NCBI GenBank assembly: GCA_963663225.1
Contig: OY760142.1
Location: 608,001-672,000 of the forward strand
Source of the DNA: Nitrospirota bacterium
GTDB taxonomy: Bacteria > Nitrospirota > UBA9217
Length of the DNA stretch: 64,000 nucleotides
Reading direction: 5' to 3'
Made by a program: the position numbers and the translations under genes
The notes under the pieces: model-generated
The model's database searches: none
Seen by the model: only the letters and a program-made list of their open reading frames with translations
Told to the model about the DNA's origin: nothing
Shown here: positions 37,873 through 48,472 of the stretch, piece after piece
How the letters are laid out: every line of letters starts with the position of its first letter
Numbering within the stretch: the first letter of the stretch is position 1

Positions 37873-39060
37873 ATGAAAAAAATCTTTTTTGCCATTATAT
37901 TGCTTTTCGTGCTCATTTCCTGCACTTCAAAACCATTGCCGGTAACAGATCCGCGTGACGCGCTCACGCCTGTCTCCTGGTGGAAGGCGGCAGAGCCCGG
38001 CGATGATATGGTTTTCGAAGGCATGGCCGCCGCCATACGCCAGAACCTCGAATATTTAAAGAAACTCCCTCCGGATACCGTCATGCAGACCGGACAAGAA
38101 ATGTCCACGGCACTTGAAATGACGGTGACGCTTCAGAACTTTCTTCTGATCATTGAAAATGACTCTCTTTCCTATGGCCAGAAAATCGAGCACATCAAAA
38201 AAAATTTTATACCATATCAAGCGGCAGGCAAGGATGGGCGGGGAACGATGCAGTTTACCGGCTATTACGAACCGATGATTTCCTGCAGGCTGAGGTCGGA
38301 CGAGACATTCCGGTACCCGCTGTATAAAAAACCGGATGACATCATAGAGGTAGACCTCTCTCTTTTCGGCAACGGCTTTCCTCAGAATAAGCTTTTGGGC
38401 AGACTGGAAAACAAAAAAATCGTTCCCTATTACTCCCGCGATGACATCGACCAAAAAAAGGCCCTCTCCGGAAAGGACCTCGAACTGCTCTGGTGTAAGA
38501 ACCTCGTTGATATTTTTGTGTTGCAGGTCCAGGGGTCGGGCAGGGCCGATTTGGGAAACGGCACGGTCATAAGCGTGCTGTACAACGGACAAAACGGCAG
38601 GCCGTACAAAAGTATCGGCAAATACCTGATAGATTCCGGCGCTATAAGCAAAGAGAAGATGTCGATGCAGGCGATCCGCGCATATCTGCGCGACCATCCG
38701 GATGAAACGACCTCGATCCTTGGCCGGAATCCCAGTTATGTTTTCTTCCGGACGGACTCAGCACCGTCAATCGGCAGTATCGGCGTGCCGCTCACTCCCG
38801 GACGCTCCATTGCAACGGACAGCAGGCTTTTCCCGAAAGGCGCTCTCGGTTTTCTGGTTTCACAGAAGCCGGTCTTTGAAAACGGGACGATCATATCCTG
38901 GGCGCCGTTTACCCGGTTTGTGCTGAACCAGGACACCGGCGGTGCGATCAAAGGCGCGGGCAGAGCGGACCTGTTTTGGGGACAAGGACAGGAAGCGGAA
39001 CTCGGCGCCGGATCAATGCAGCATGAGGGAAAATTGTACTTTTTGATGCGGAAAAAATAA
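37873..39060 (+). CDS. mltA: Membrane-bound lytic murein transglycosylase A
   Basis: Lipobox LISC; FTGYYEP, LQVQGSG, NPSYVFF, QDTGGAIKG, RADLFWG. Confidence 0.93.
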   Translation: MKKIFFAIILLFVLISCTSKPLPVTDPRDALTPVSWWKAAEPGDDMVFEGMAAAIRQNLEYLKKLPPDTVMQTGQEMSTALEMTVTLQNFLLIIENDSLSYGQKIEHIKKNFIPYQAAGKDGRGTMQFTGYYEPMISCRLRSDETFRYPLYKKPDDIIEVDLSLFGNGFPQNKLLGRLENKKIVPYYSRDDIDQKKALSGKDLELLWCKNLVDIFVLQVQGSGRADLGNGTVISVLYNGQNGRPYKSIGKYLIDSGAISKEKMSMQAIRAYLRDHPDETTSILGRNPSYVFFRTDSAPSIGSIGVPLTPGRSIATDSRLFPKGALGFLVSQKPVFENGTIISWAPFTRFVLNQDTGGAIKGAGRADLFWGQGQEAELGAGSMQHEGKLYFLMRKK

Positions 39061-39298
39061 CGAAAGAGACAGCATAACCGCTGTGTGCACTAATAGCATC
39101 CGGTAGTTGTAATGTCATTTTCCACGTGGTCATGCGCGTGGATCTCCTGATAACCATCTGTTTCCCCTCTCTGGCGCTGCAACTGCCGGTCTTGTTCGTG
39201 TTGATGTAGTCGGAATATTATACTGTACATTTGTCATAACGACCGCAGCGTATTATCCCTCCCTGTTTTCTCCTGACGGACGCCGCTCTGTAGCAAAA

Positions 39299-39643
39299 CT
39301 ACTTTTCCTGCGTAAGTGAATAATGCGGATCATGAATGGATTCGCTGCGGCAGACCGGACACCTCCCCGGTTTTTTGAGCCGTTCCCGTTTCTGAAAAAG
39401 AAATCCGCACTTCACGCATTCCGCAGGCTGTATTGCAAGGCGTCTGCCGGTATGATGGAGCATCGCACGGATATGCTCCAGATGTTCGTATATATCTTTC
39501 TCCGGAACGCCGATTCTGCCGGAAAGCTCCAATGCCGACACAGGCCCTTCTTGCAGTTCAACAAGCAGCTTGCGTCGGATGGTATCGCTTGCGGCAACGG
39601 GTGAGCGCAATCCTGATTCATGCTTTTTTTTAACGTTGTCCAT
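39299..39643 (-). CDS. HTH plus zinc-ribbon transcriptional regulator
   Basis: SALELSGRIGVPEKDIYEHLEHI, CVKCGF, KPGRCPVCRSE. Confidence 0.85.
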   Translation of the reverse strand: MDNVKKKHESGLRSPVAASDTIRRKLLVELQEGPVSALELSGRIGVPEKDIYEHLEHIRAMLHHTGRRLAIQPAECVKCGFLFQKRERLKKPGRCPVCRSESIHDPHYSLTQEK

Positions 39644-39734
39644 GGAGAAAGCATATCCTGTCTTCGTATTTTAGTCCAGAGAAAGCAACTGCACGACGGA
39701 CAGTGATCCTCTGGTCTTCCGGGATTTCGGACCG

Positions 39735-39763
39735 TTGACAAGCTCCTGCACTTCTTGTAGTAT
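39735..39763 (+). promoter_or_regulatory. Sigma70 promoter of the FMN riboswitch-ribB transcript
   Basis: TTGACA (39735-40), 17 nt, TAGTAT (39758-63), just upstream of the aptamer. Confidence 0.75.
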
Positions 39764-39770
39764 ACGGTCA

Positions 39771-39920
39771 CTTGTTCTCAGGGCGGGGTGAAATTCCCCA
39801 CCGGCGGTGTCCCGCGTTTCGGCGGGGAGCCCGCGAGCGCTCCTTCCATGCAGGAAGGAGGTCAGCAGATCTGGTGAAAAGCCAGAGCCGACGGTCACAG
39901 TCCGGATGAAAGAGGACAAG
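39771..39920 (+). ncRNA. FMN riboswitch (RFN element)
   Basis: CAGGGCGGGGTGAAATTCCCCACCGGCGGT...AGCCCGCGAGCG...AGCAGATCTGGTGAAAAGCCAGAGCCGACGGTCACAGTCCGGATGAAAGAG, upstream of ribB. Confidence 0.97.
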
Positions 39921-40033
39921 GCGGTTGCCTGTCACAGACGGCATGCCTTGCACACGGTTGCCCTCACGCGTGGGGGAAACTGCCTGCCCTTCGCCCTGGT
40001 TCTGGTACATAATACTACAACAGGAGGATTACC

Positions 40034-40741
40034 ATGAATCAGAATCTGCTTGCGCAATTCGGAGATGCCGAACAACGCGTACAGAAAGCCTTGGACTCAC
40101 TTCGTAAAGGCAGCGGCGTGCTGGTCGTTGACGATGAACAGCGCGAAAATGAAGGCGATTTGATTTTTGCCGCCGAGTTTCTTACCAAACCCCAGATGGC
40201 CATGATGATCCGCGAATGCAGCGGCATCGTATGCCTCTGCCTGCCGGGAGAAAAAGTGCGGTCACTTGCCCTGCCCATGATGGTGAGCAATAATTCCAGC
40301 CGCTATCAAACGGCATTCACGGTTTCCATCGAAGCAGCCCGGGGAGTCACAACCGGCGTATCGGCAGCCGACCGTGTTACAACAATTCGAACAGCCATTG
40401 CCGACAACGCGCAGCCGGGTGACCTTAACCGGCCGGGTCATATATTCCCGCTCAGCGCCAGACCCGGCGGGGTCCTCGAACGCCCCGGCCATACGGAAGC
40501 AACCGTAGACCTGATGCGTCTTGCCGGATTGAAACCATACGGGGTGCTCTGCGAGCTCACAAACCCGGATGGCAGCATGGCCCGTCTGCCGGAAATCGTT
40601 AGCTTCGCCAAAAAGCACTCCATGGCCCTGCTCTCCGTGGAAGATTTGATAACCTACCGCCGCACGCAGGACGTGGTGCCAGTCTGTTCACTCACCCAAA
40701 ACGCATCGGCTCGCAATTTCAACCACGAGGACATAGGGTGA
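40034..40741 (+). CDS. ribB: 3,4-dihydroxy-2-butanone-4-phosphate synthase
   Basis: [47 protein letters not shown]. Confidence 0.96.
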   Translation: MNQNLLAQFGDAEQRVQKALDSLRKGSGVLVVDDEQRENEGDLIFAAEFLTKPQMAMMIRECSGIVCLCLPGEKVRSLALPMMVSNNSSRYQTAFTVSIEAARGVTTGVSAADRVTTIRTAIADNAQPGDLNRPGHIFPLSARPGGVLERPGHTEATVDLMRLAGLKPYGVLCELTNPDGSMARLPEIVSFAKKHSMALLSVEDLITYRRTQDVVPVCSLTQNASARNFNHEDIG

Positions 40742-40850
40742 CCGCCGCGAAGAGCGCGCCTTGACAACCCTGGAAGAAAAGAGTAACATACGCCGTTCTC
40801 GAAAGAATACGAACGTATTAAGGACGTAGAAAAAAGGAACGCACATAACC

Positions 40851-41555
40851 ATGACAACAGGAACAAGAGACCGTTTTGTACATAAAATTTTTACCACGGT
40901 GGCGCCGTATGTGGATTTGCTGACCCGCAGCTTCAGCCTCGGAATGGACCACTATTGGCGGAAACGCGCAGTGGCCATATCAGGCATAAAACGGGGAGAC
41001 CGCGTGCTCGACGTATGCGCGGGTACGGGAGAACTCTCCTTTATTCTTGCACGCACCGTGGGAAACGAAGGCTCCATTGTAGGGTCCGATTTCTGCGAAA
41101 ACATGCTCGAACTTGCGCGGAAGAAACAGGGTGACAAGTACGCCAACATCACGTTTTTGTTTGCCGACACGAAGAAAGTCCCCTTCCCAGACAATAGTTT
41201 TGATGCGGTAACCGTTGCCTTCGGAATGCGGAATATTCCGGACACCATTCTCGCGCTGAAGGAAATCCGCAGAGTGCTGAAGCCCGGAGGAAAATTTCTC
41301 TGCCTTGAGCTGACCAGACCGCAGAACCGCTGGTTTCTCGCAATTTATAAATGGTATATTTTTCGGATCATGCCGTTCATCAGCAATCTTGTGATGAAAA
41401 CAGCCGAGCCGTTTCTCTATCTTCCCCGCTCGATCGAGGAATTCTACCAGCCGCCGGTGTTTCGCGAGATCATCATGAAGAACGGCTTTGCCGACGTGCG
41501 CGTGAACTCCATGACCATGGGAATCGCAACGATATACCGGGCCTGCAAACCGTAG
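40851..41555 (+). CDS. ubiE: UbiE/MenG family quinone methyltransferase
   Basis: VLDVCAGTG, FDAVTVAFGMRNI, RVLKPGG, YLPRSI. Confidence 0.9.
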   Translation: MTTGTRDRFVHKIFTTVAPYVDLLTRSFSLGMDHYWRKRAVAISGIKRGDRVLDVCAGTGELSFILARTVGNEGSIVGSDFCENMLELARKKQGDKYANITFLFADTKKVPFPDNSFDAVTVAFGMRNIPDTILALKEIRRVLKPGGKFLCLELTRPQNRWFLAIYKWYIFRIMPFISNLVMKTAEPFLYLPRSIEEFYQPPVFREIIMKNGFADVRVNSMTMGIATIYRACKP

Positions 41556-41597
41556 CATCCAGGGCTCTCCCCATTGCTGTTTTGCTGCCAGATGAAA

Positions 41598-41635
41598 AAT
41601 AAAAGCCACCGGTTATTATCGGTGGCTTTTTTATT
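41598..41635. terminator. Bidirectional intrinsic terminator
   Basis: AAAAGCCACCG...CGGTGGCTTTT between ubiE and ntrC. Confidence 0.85.
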
Positions 41636-41678
41636 GCCGTGCTTCGAAAGACTACGACGGCACAACGTCAAACCGCGA

Positions 41679-43130
41679 TCATCTATCCGTGAATTCCTCG
41701 TCCTCTTCGCCGCTAAACGGACCTTTGATGCCAAGCTCCTTGATTTTTTTCCGGAGAGTATTTCTGTTGATCCCGAGAAGATTCGCTGCGCGCACCTGGT
41801 TTCCTTCCGTCTTCTTGAGGACCAGGGTAAGAAGAGGCTTTTCGACACGCTGCAGCACCATGGAATAAATGTCCCCTTGTTCGAGACCGCCCATGCGCTC
41901 CACGAGATCGGCGAGTTTTTCTTCCAAAAAATTTTCGAAGGAAAGCGGCGCTCCCTGGCTGGGTCTGAAAACCTGGGGCGGCAATGCGTCCGGGAATACC
42001 TTATCCCCCTGTGCAAGGGTCATCGCGCGCTGAATTGCATTCTCCAGTTCCCGCACGTTTCCCGGCCAATCATAGGCACGGAGAATCTTGAGCGTCTCCG
42101 GAGTGAGAATCTTCGCCTTGCCCGAGACTGACTGGTGTTTTTGCACAAAATATTCCGCAAGAGGAATAATGTCATCCTTGCGTTTTCTGAGCGGCGGAAT
42201 ATTGATCTGAATGACGTTCAAGCGGTAAAAAAGATCCTCCCGAAACTGCTTTTCGCGCACGGCTTTGTCCAGGTCCTGGTGTGTGGCCGCGATCACCCGC
42301 ACATCGGTCTTGATTGATTCGGTCCCGCCGACCCGCTCGAATTCACGTTCCTGCAGCACCCGGAGAAGCTTGCCCTGCAGCGGAAGATTCATATCGCCGA
42401 TTTCATCAAGAAACAGCGTCCCGCCCGCGGCTGCCTCAAATTTTCCGATCTTTCTGGCCACCGCGCCGGTAAAAGATCCTTTTTCGTGGCCGAAAAGCTC
42501 GCTTTCAAGAAGCTCCGACGGAATGGCTGCGGAATTCACTGCCATAAACGGACGCCCCGCTCGCTTGCTGTGATAATGAATAGCCCGGGCAACAAGTTCC
42601 TTGCCGGTGCCGCTCTCCCCGTGGATCAGGACTGTTGCGTCGCTTTCCGCAACGCGTCCGATCGTTTTGTATATTTCCTGCATGGCAGGCGTATTGCCGA
42701 CCAGTCCTCCTTCATATTTTCCCCTTACTTCGGCCCGGAGCGCATTGACCTCGAGTGAAAGGCGTCTGACATCCATCGCTTTTCGTACAAGAATGCTTAC
42801 TTCATCAAGATCAAAGGGTTTGGTGATGTAATCAAACGCCCCGCGCCTCATCGCTTCGATCGCGTTCTGCATGGTGGCCTGGGCAGTCATAATGATAACC
42901 GAAATATTTTTCCCGGCTTCTTGTATCTTTGCCAGCGCTTCGAACCCGGACATCCCCGGCATGCGGATATCCATAAGCGCAACGGCGATGTCTCCCTCGT
43001 TGATACGGTCAAGGCCTTCCTGGGCATTCCTCGCAAGCACCGTTTCCATCCCGTCTTTTTCGAGCGCTTTTTTAAGCACCCAGCGGACGCTCTCATCATC
43101 ATCAACGATCAGAATTTTTTCATTCATCAT
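41679..43130 (-). CDS. ntrC: Sigma54-dependent response regulator NtrC
   Basis: Receiver (VDDD...DIRMPG), GESGTGKE, GSFTGA, LFLDEIG, WPGNVREL, HTH AANLLGINRNTLRKK; next to amt/glnK. Confidence 0.9.
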   Translation of the reverse strand: MMNEKILIVDDDESVRWVLKKALEKDGMETVLARNAQEGLDRINEGDIAVALMDIRMPGMSGFEALAKIQEAGKNISVIIMTAQATMQNAIEAMRRGAFDYITKPFDLDEVSILVRKAMDVRRLSLEVNALRAEVRGKYEGGLVGNTPAMQEIYKTIGRVAESDATVLIHGESGTGKELVARAIHYHSKRAGRPFMAVNSAAIPSELLESELFGHEKGSFTGAVARKIGKFEAAAGGTLFLDEIGDMNLPLQGKLLRVLQEREFERVGGTESIKTDVRVIAATHQDLDKAVREKQFREDLFYRLNVIQINIPPLRKRKDDIIPLAEYFVQKHQSVSGKAKILTPETLKILRAYDWPGNVRELENAIQRAMTLAQGDKVFPDALPPQVFRPSQGAPLSFENFLEEKLADLVERMGGLEQGDIYSMVLQRVEKPLLTLVLKKTEGNQVRAANLLGINRNTLRKKIKELGIKGPFSGEEDEEFTDR

Positions 43131-43166
43131 ATCAACTCTCTCGGTTTCCAGCTGTGGATGCGCGTA

Positions 43167-44276
43167 TCATCCCGCCAGCGGTAAATACACACTGAATGTG
43201 GTGCCCTCATCCGGCCGGCTGTCCACTTTGATCGTGCCCAGATGATCCTGCACAATCTGATAGGAAAGCGCCAGGCCAAGGCCTGATCCTCTGTCTTTGG
43301 TCGTAAAAAAAGGCGTAAAAATATCCGCCAAGTGTTCCTGTTTTATGCCGGGGCCGGTGTCGCCAATCTTAACGACCATGAGCCTGTGCTTTTTCCCATC
43401 CGTCTGCACGCTCGTAAAAAAATCGGACATCCTCGTGATCACGGTCAGCTTTCCTCCACCAGGCATCGCCTCAATCGCATTCTTGATGATATTCAAAAAC
43501 ACCTGAACCAGCTGGTCCTCATTTCCGATAATATCCGGAAGGCTCGGATCATATAGCCGGGTAAGAACAGTGCCGGTTTCCCGCACGTTTCCCTCTTGCA
43601 GCAAAAGAACGCGGTCCAGAATGCTGTGAATATTATGGGCGCGCATCTCCCGGGGCTTCAGGCGCGTAAAATCGAGAATCTCTTCAAGCACGCTGTTCAG
43701 GCGGTCGGCCTCCTTGAGAATCACATCAAGATATTCTCCAAAATTTCCCTTGACGGCAGCCGCTGCCGAACGGAGTTCCGACTGCAGAAGCTGAGCTGCT
43801 CCGCGTATGCCGACCAGCGGATTTTTGACTTCATGCGCTATCCCTACCGCAATCATTCCCAGAGTTGTCAGGCGGTCGGAGCGGCGCATGCGTTCTTTGA
43901 GGTCCCGTACACTCTCCTGATCGCGGATAGACAGGATAAGTCCCGTCGGCCGTCCCTCACGGTCCGTGAGCACGGATGTTACAAAACCCACGGGCAGCGG
44001 GGACCGGTGTTTTGACACCAGTTCGGCTTCATAATCAGAATAGGACCTGCCGCTCGAAAACGTTTTTTCTATCTGTTTTTTGACGGCAGGATTATCGGGA
44101 AATATTGCATAAACACTTGTTCCTATCGCGTCCGCTGCAGCAATGCCGGTCATTTCTTCCGCAGCACGGTTCCAGATCAAAACCGTACCATCCAAATCCG
44201 TTACGACAACACCGTCAACAATGCCGGCCAGAATATCAGCAGTAAGATCGGGTATGCGTGTTGAAATAGGAGTCAT
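43167..44276 (-). CDS. ntrB: PAS sensor histidine kinase NtrB
   Basis: PAS domain, AHEVKNPLVGIRGAAQLL, QVFLNIIKNA, DTGPG, FTPFFTTK, GSGLGL. Confidence 0.9.
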   Translation of the reverse strand: MTPISTRIPDLTADILAGIVDGVVVTDLDGTVLIWNRAAEEMTGIAAADAIGTSVYAIFPDNPAVKKQIEKTFSSGRSYSDYEAELVSKHRSPLPVGFVTSVLTDREGRPTGLILSIRDQESVRDLKERMRRSDRLTTLGMIAVGIAHEVKNPLVGIRGAAQLLQSELRSAAAAVKGNFGEYLDVILKEADRLNSVLEEILDFTRLKPREMRAHNIHSILDRVLLLQEGNVRETGTVLTRLYDPSLPDIIGNEDQLVQVFLNIIKNAIEAMPGGGKLTVITRMSDFFTSVQTDGKKHRLMVVKIGDTGPGIKQEHLADIFTPFFTTKDRGSGLGLALSYQIVQDHLGTIKVDSRPDEGTTFSVYLPLAG

Positions 44277-44393
44277 ACGTAATTGATAGCACAATATATT
44301 TGATGATTCAAGTTAATTTGTGGTATAGTGCCGCTCACTGCTGATATCCGGCCGGCTGTCTTTTCGGAAAGCGGCGCCGCAACGATTTTTGCC

Positions 44394-45257
44394 ATGTTTA
44401 ATATCCGCCTTCTTCTCGTCGCCTTAATATGGGGCGTTAATTTCGCCGTTGTAAAATTCGCGCTCGCGGAGTTTCTGCCCCTGAGTTTTACGGTCGTCCG
44501 GTTCTTTCTGGCGGCGCTCTTCCTTATCACCGTCATGGTTTTGAACAAGGAGCCGCTTTCGGTCGACCGTCAGGACCGTGCCGCGCTTGTTCTGCTCGGC
44601 ATTATCGGCATCACCCTGTATAACCTGTTCTTCATGTACGGACTGAACTATACATCAGCCTCAAATTCCGCGCTGATTATCTCCCTCTCGCCGCTTTTTG
44701 CGGTATTCATTCAGTCCCTCAGTGGGAACGAGCGAGTCACTGCCCGTATCATCGCCGGCCTGGCACTGGCTTCCGCAGGCGTATTTCTGATCATCAGAAG
44801 CCATTATGGTGAATTCAGTTTTTCCTCGTCGGGTTTTTTCGGCGATCTTCTGACTCTTTGCGGCGCTGTGCTTTGGGCATTCTATACGCTCAAGGCAAAA
44901 CCGCTGCTCCTGAAATATTCGCCGCTGAAAGTCACGGCATACAGCATTGCGGCAGGAACCATCGTGCTCCTTCCCGTCAGCGCGTACGAACTGGCACAGC
45001 AATCATGGTCGGGCATCTCGCTGCAATCCTGGTTCGCACTCGGCTTTTGCGCTTTCATCGCCGCCGGCGTGGCCTTCACGCTCTGGTACCAGGGAATACA
45101 GCAAATAGGCGTCACCCGCACCATCGTATATCATTATCTTATGCCGTGTGTCGCAGTGGTATTTGCGGCACTTTTTCTCGGTGAACGCATCACTCTTCTC
45201 CAAGTGATAGGAGGCACCGCCGCCCTTATCGGCGTATTGATTGTCCAGCGGCGGTGA
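44394..45257 (+). CDS. EamA/DMT family transporter
   Basis: IWGVNFAVVK...VRF, two EamA repeats, LGERIT; start uncertain (44328 or 44394). Confidence 0.9.
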   Translation: MFNIRLLLVALIWGVNFAVVKFALAEFLPLSFTVVRFFLAALFLITVMVLNKEPLSVDRQDRAALVLLGIIGITLYNLFFMYGLNYTSASNSALIISLSPLFAVFIQSLSGNERVTARIIAGLALASAGVFLIIRSHYGEFSFSSSGFFGDLLTLCGAVLWAFYTLKAKPLLLKYSPLKVTAYSIAAGTIVLLPVSAYELAQQSWSGISLQSWFALGFCAFIAAGVAFTLWYQGIQQIGVTRTIVYHYLMPCVAVVFAALFLGERITLLQVIGGTAALIGVLIVQRR

Positions 45258-45269
45258 ACAGGTTTATTT

Positions 45270-46622
45270 CTATGAAGAATATCCTGCCTCTCCATGCTGC
45301 GTTATATCAAGTCCTTCCGTTTCCTGATCCGCATTCACCCGCAGCCCCCCGACCGCTTCAATGACCTTCAGCACAACCAAACTGACAACGAACGAGTAAG
45401 CGGCAACGACAACCACGGCCCCTGCTTGAATAAGCAACTGCTTTGCATTGCCGAAAAACATTCCGTTCGCACCCGCCGCATTTACCGCGAGGGATGCGAA
45501 AAGCCCTGCCATCAAGGTTCCGACCATCCCGCCGACACCGTGCACGCCAAAAGCATCGAGAGAATCGTCATAGCCATACTTTGTTTTTGCGTTCAGGGCA
45601 ATGTAGCATACAATGCCGGCTGCCATCCCGAACAAGAGGGCCGGAAGGGGTCCCACAAATCCGGCCGCTGGCGTAATCGTCGCAAGACCGGCGATTGCCC
45701 CTGTAGCAGCGCCGAACATGGTAGGTTTGCCGCGATGGATCCACTCTACTGCGATCCAGGCGATCGTGGCTGCGGAAGCAGCTGCGTGCGTTGAGATGAA
45801 TGCGGAAGCGGCAAGGGCGCCGGAGGATAGAGCGCTTCCGGCATTGAATCCAAACCAGCCGAACCAGAGCAGCCCCGCACCGAGAACCGTCATTGGCAGA
45901 TTATGCGGGGGCATGGATTCGCGCAAAAAACCTTTTCTTCTGCCGATAAACAGCGCCGCGGCCAGCGCGGAAAAACCCGAAGTAACATGGACGACGATGC
46001 CGCCGGCAAAATCAAGCGCCCCCAGATTCCTGAGCCACCCTCCTGTCCCCCAGACCCAATGAGCAACAGGGTCATACACCACGGTTGTCCAGACGATCGT
46101 AAAAATCAGGAATGCGGAGAACTTCATGCGTTCCGCGAACGCTCCGCTGATCAACGCAGGGGTGATTACCGCAAACATCATCTGGTACAGCATAAAAACC
46201 ATATGCGGTATGGTGGGCGCATAATCTGCGTTCGGCAAAAAATCCACGCCGCTCAGTCCCGCCCAGCCCAGACTGCCGATAATGCCTTTGATGTCAGGGC
46301 CAAACGAAAGCGAGTAGCCGAACAAAATCCATTGAACGCTGACCACTGCAATGGCTATGAAGCTGTGCATGATCGTGCCGAGCACGTTCTTTCTGCGGAC
46401 CATGCCTCCGTAAAACATGGCAAGACCCGGCGTCATGAGCATCACCAATGCCGTTGATACCAGCATCCAGGCTGTGTCTCCTGTGTCGATCTTTGCAGCC
46501 GATGCGCCGGTCGGCGCAGCAGCAGCTGACAGAGGGCTCTCCTGTGCTGCGGCAAAGGGTGCAAATACCAGAAAACAGAGCAGCACAACTGCCGTTATTT
46601 GAAGTAAATCTTTTCTAATCAT
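45270..46622 (-). CDS. amtB: Ammonium transporter (copy 1)
   Basis: [44 protein letters not shown]. Confidence 0.96.
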   Translation of the reverse strand: MIRKDLLQITAVVLLCFLVFAPFAAAQESPLSAAAAPTGASAAKIDTGDTAWMLVSTALVMLMTPGLAMFYGGMVRRKNVLGTIMHSFIAIAVVSVQWILFGYSLSFGPDIKGIIGSLGWAGLSGVDFLPNADYAPTIPHMVFMLYQMMFAVITPALISGAFAERMKFSAFLIFTIVWTTVVYDPVAHWVWGTGGWLRNLGALDFAGGIVVHVTSGFSALAAALFIGRRKGFLRESMPPHNLPMTVLGAGLLWFGWFGFNAGSALSSGALAASAFISTHAAASAATIAWIAVEWIHRGKPTMFGAATGAIAGLATITPAAGFVGPLPALLFGMAAGIVCYIALNAKTKYGYDDSLDAFGVHGVGGMVGTLMAGLFASLAVNAAGANGMFFGNAKQLLIQAGAVVVVAAYSFVVSLVVLKVIEAVGGLRVNADQETEGLDITQHGEAGYSS

Positions 46623-46671
46623 GTAGCTAAATCCTCCCTGAGTTTATACATACGATTACACGCTTATCAAT

Positions 46672-47067
<396 letters not shown>

Positions 47068-47073
47068 TTATTT

Positions 47074-47089
47074 AGCAAGGCGTATGCCA
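47074..47089 (-). promoter_or_regulatory. Sigma54 (-24/-12) promoter of glnK-amtB
   Basis: Minus strand TGGCATACGCCTTGCT; IHF-like AATCAAAGGATTT at 47115-47127. Confidence 0.85.
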
Positions 47090-47181
47090 CAGACAGCCAG
47101 AAAAAAGAAAGAATAAATCCTTTGATTTTGTGCTGTTTTTTATCTTTTCATTTTTGCGAACGGGAATTTTATCCATCTCGC

Positions 47182-47217
47182 AGTCTATTTGTTAGGCATG
47201 TGTATAATTAGTAGGCA
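47182..47217. promoter_or_regulatory. Putative tandem NtrC-type enhancer sites
   Basis: AGTCTA-N5-TAGGCA and TGTATA-N5-TAGGCA, about 95-130 bp upstream of the sigma54 promoter. Confidence 0.5.
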
Positions 47218-47280
47218 TGACATAACAGCACCAGGTCTTTGCGAAGCATGGACAGGAGGAGCAAAGCAATACGTCTACAT

Positions 47281-47319
47281 AATAATTATTATTGACAAAT
47301 AATTATTATTAACTATAAT
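47281..47319 (+). promoter_or_regulatory. Promoter with two PerR/Fur-type boxes
   Basis: AATAATTATTATT at 47281-93 and 47298-310, flanking TTGACA (47292-97); TATAAT at 47314-19. Confidence 0.8.
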
Positions 47320-47326
47320 GAAACGT

Positions 47327-47737
47327 ATGGACAAATATAGAAACATCGGCTTTAAACTCACCCCGCAGAGACTGGCTATTCTGGATTACCTGGAAGGAAA
47401 TCTACAGCATCCTTCTGCTGACGATATTTACCAGGCGGTACTCAAGGAATTCCCGACAATTTCCTTTGCAACGGTCTATACGACTCTTGCGGAGTTGAAA
47501 CGGAGAGGCAGACTGCTTGAACTCACGACCAATCCTAACAAAAAACACTACGATCCTGAAACAAGTGAACACAGCCATCTTCTCTGCACGCGTTGCAACC
47601 GGATATTCGATATTCCTGTCGAGTACACGCTGGTGCTGCCGGAAAGCGTTAAAAGAAATTTTACTATTACGAGAAGCCATCTTGATTTTCACGGTCTCTG
47701 CCCGAACTGCAGAAAAAATCGTCCGGAAAAAAAATAA
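47327..47737 (+). CDS. perR: Fur-family peroxide regulator PerR-like
   Basis: TPQRLAIL, HPSADDIY, ATVY, YD...HSHLLCTRC...DI, CPNC; followed by SOD and rubrerythrin. ATG 47318 lies inside the -10 box, so 47327 is preferred. Confidence 0.82.
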   Translation: MDKYRNIGFKLTPQRLAILDYLEGNLQHPSADDIYQAVLKEFPTISFATVYTTLAELKRRGRLLELTTNPNKKHYDPETSEHSHLLCTRCNRIFDIPVEYTLVLPESVKRNFTITRSHLDFHGLCPNCRKNRPEKK

Positions 47738-47853
47738 TAGTGCAGCAACGGGCACCGGAGCAGCTGATTTTCCCCGTTTTTCGAACGCCACGAAAAACAT
47801 TTTGTCTGCTATACTATAGCAATCGGACTAAATATTAAAAGGAGGAAGCAGTT

Positions 47854-48432
47854 ATGGCTTATACAGCAAAAGAGTATTCAAAACTTATCGGGATGGCCGG
47901 GTTCAGCGAAACCCTGCTCAAAAATCATTTTACGCTGTATCAGGGGTATGTGACCAATACAAACAAGGTGCTTGATACTCTCGATCAAATGGCCAAAGAC
48001 GGCAAGACAGCAACACCGGAATTTGCAGAGCTCAAACGCCGTCTCGGCTGGGAATTCAACGGAATGCGGCTTCATGAATATTATTTCGAAAATCTGGGCG
48101 GCAAAAGCGGCATTGATAAAAGCGGTTCGCTGATCAAAAAAATCGCTGAAAGTTTCGGCAGCTATGAAGCATGGGAAAAGGATTTCAGGGCAACAGGCGC
48201 CATGCGCGGCATCGGTTGGGTTGTTCTATACCAGGATGCTCTGTCCGGAAGGCTTATCAATTTCTGGATCAATGAACATGATGTTTCCCATCCTGCCGGG
48301 TGCAACCCTCTGCTTATCATGGACGTGTTCGAGCACGCCTTCATGCTTGATTATGGGCTCAAACGCGCAGATTACATCGAATCGTTCTTTAAAAATATTA
48401 ACTGGACTGCTGTTGAAGCGCGAATAAAATAA
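47854..48432 (+). CDS. Fe/Mn superoxide dismutase (ChrC-like subgroup)
   Basis: NHFTLYQGYV, EFNGMRLHEYYFENL, GIGW, DVFEHAFMLDY. Confidence 0.9.
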   Translation: MAYTAKEYSKLIGMAGFSETLLKNHFTLYQGYVTNTNKVLDTLDQMAKDGKTATPEFAELKRRLGWEFNGMRLHEYYFENLGGKSGIDKSGSLIKKIAESFGSYEAWEKDFRATGAMRGIGWVVLYQDALSGRLINFWINEHDVSHPAGCNPLLIMDVFEHAFMLDYGLKRADYIESFFKNINWTAVEARIK

Positions 48433-48472
48433 AACACAGGATCAATTGGAAAAAGAAAGGAGATTGTTAATA

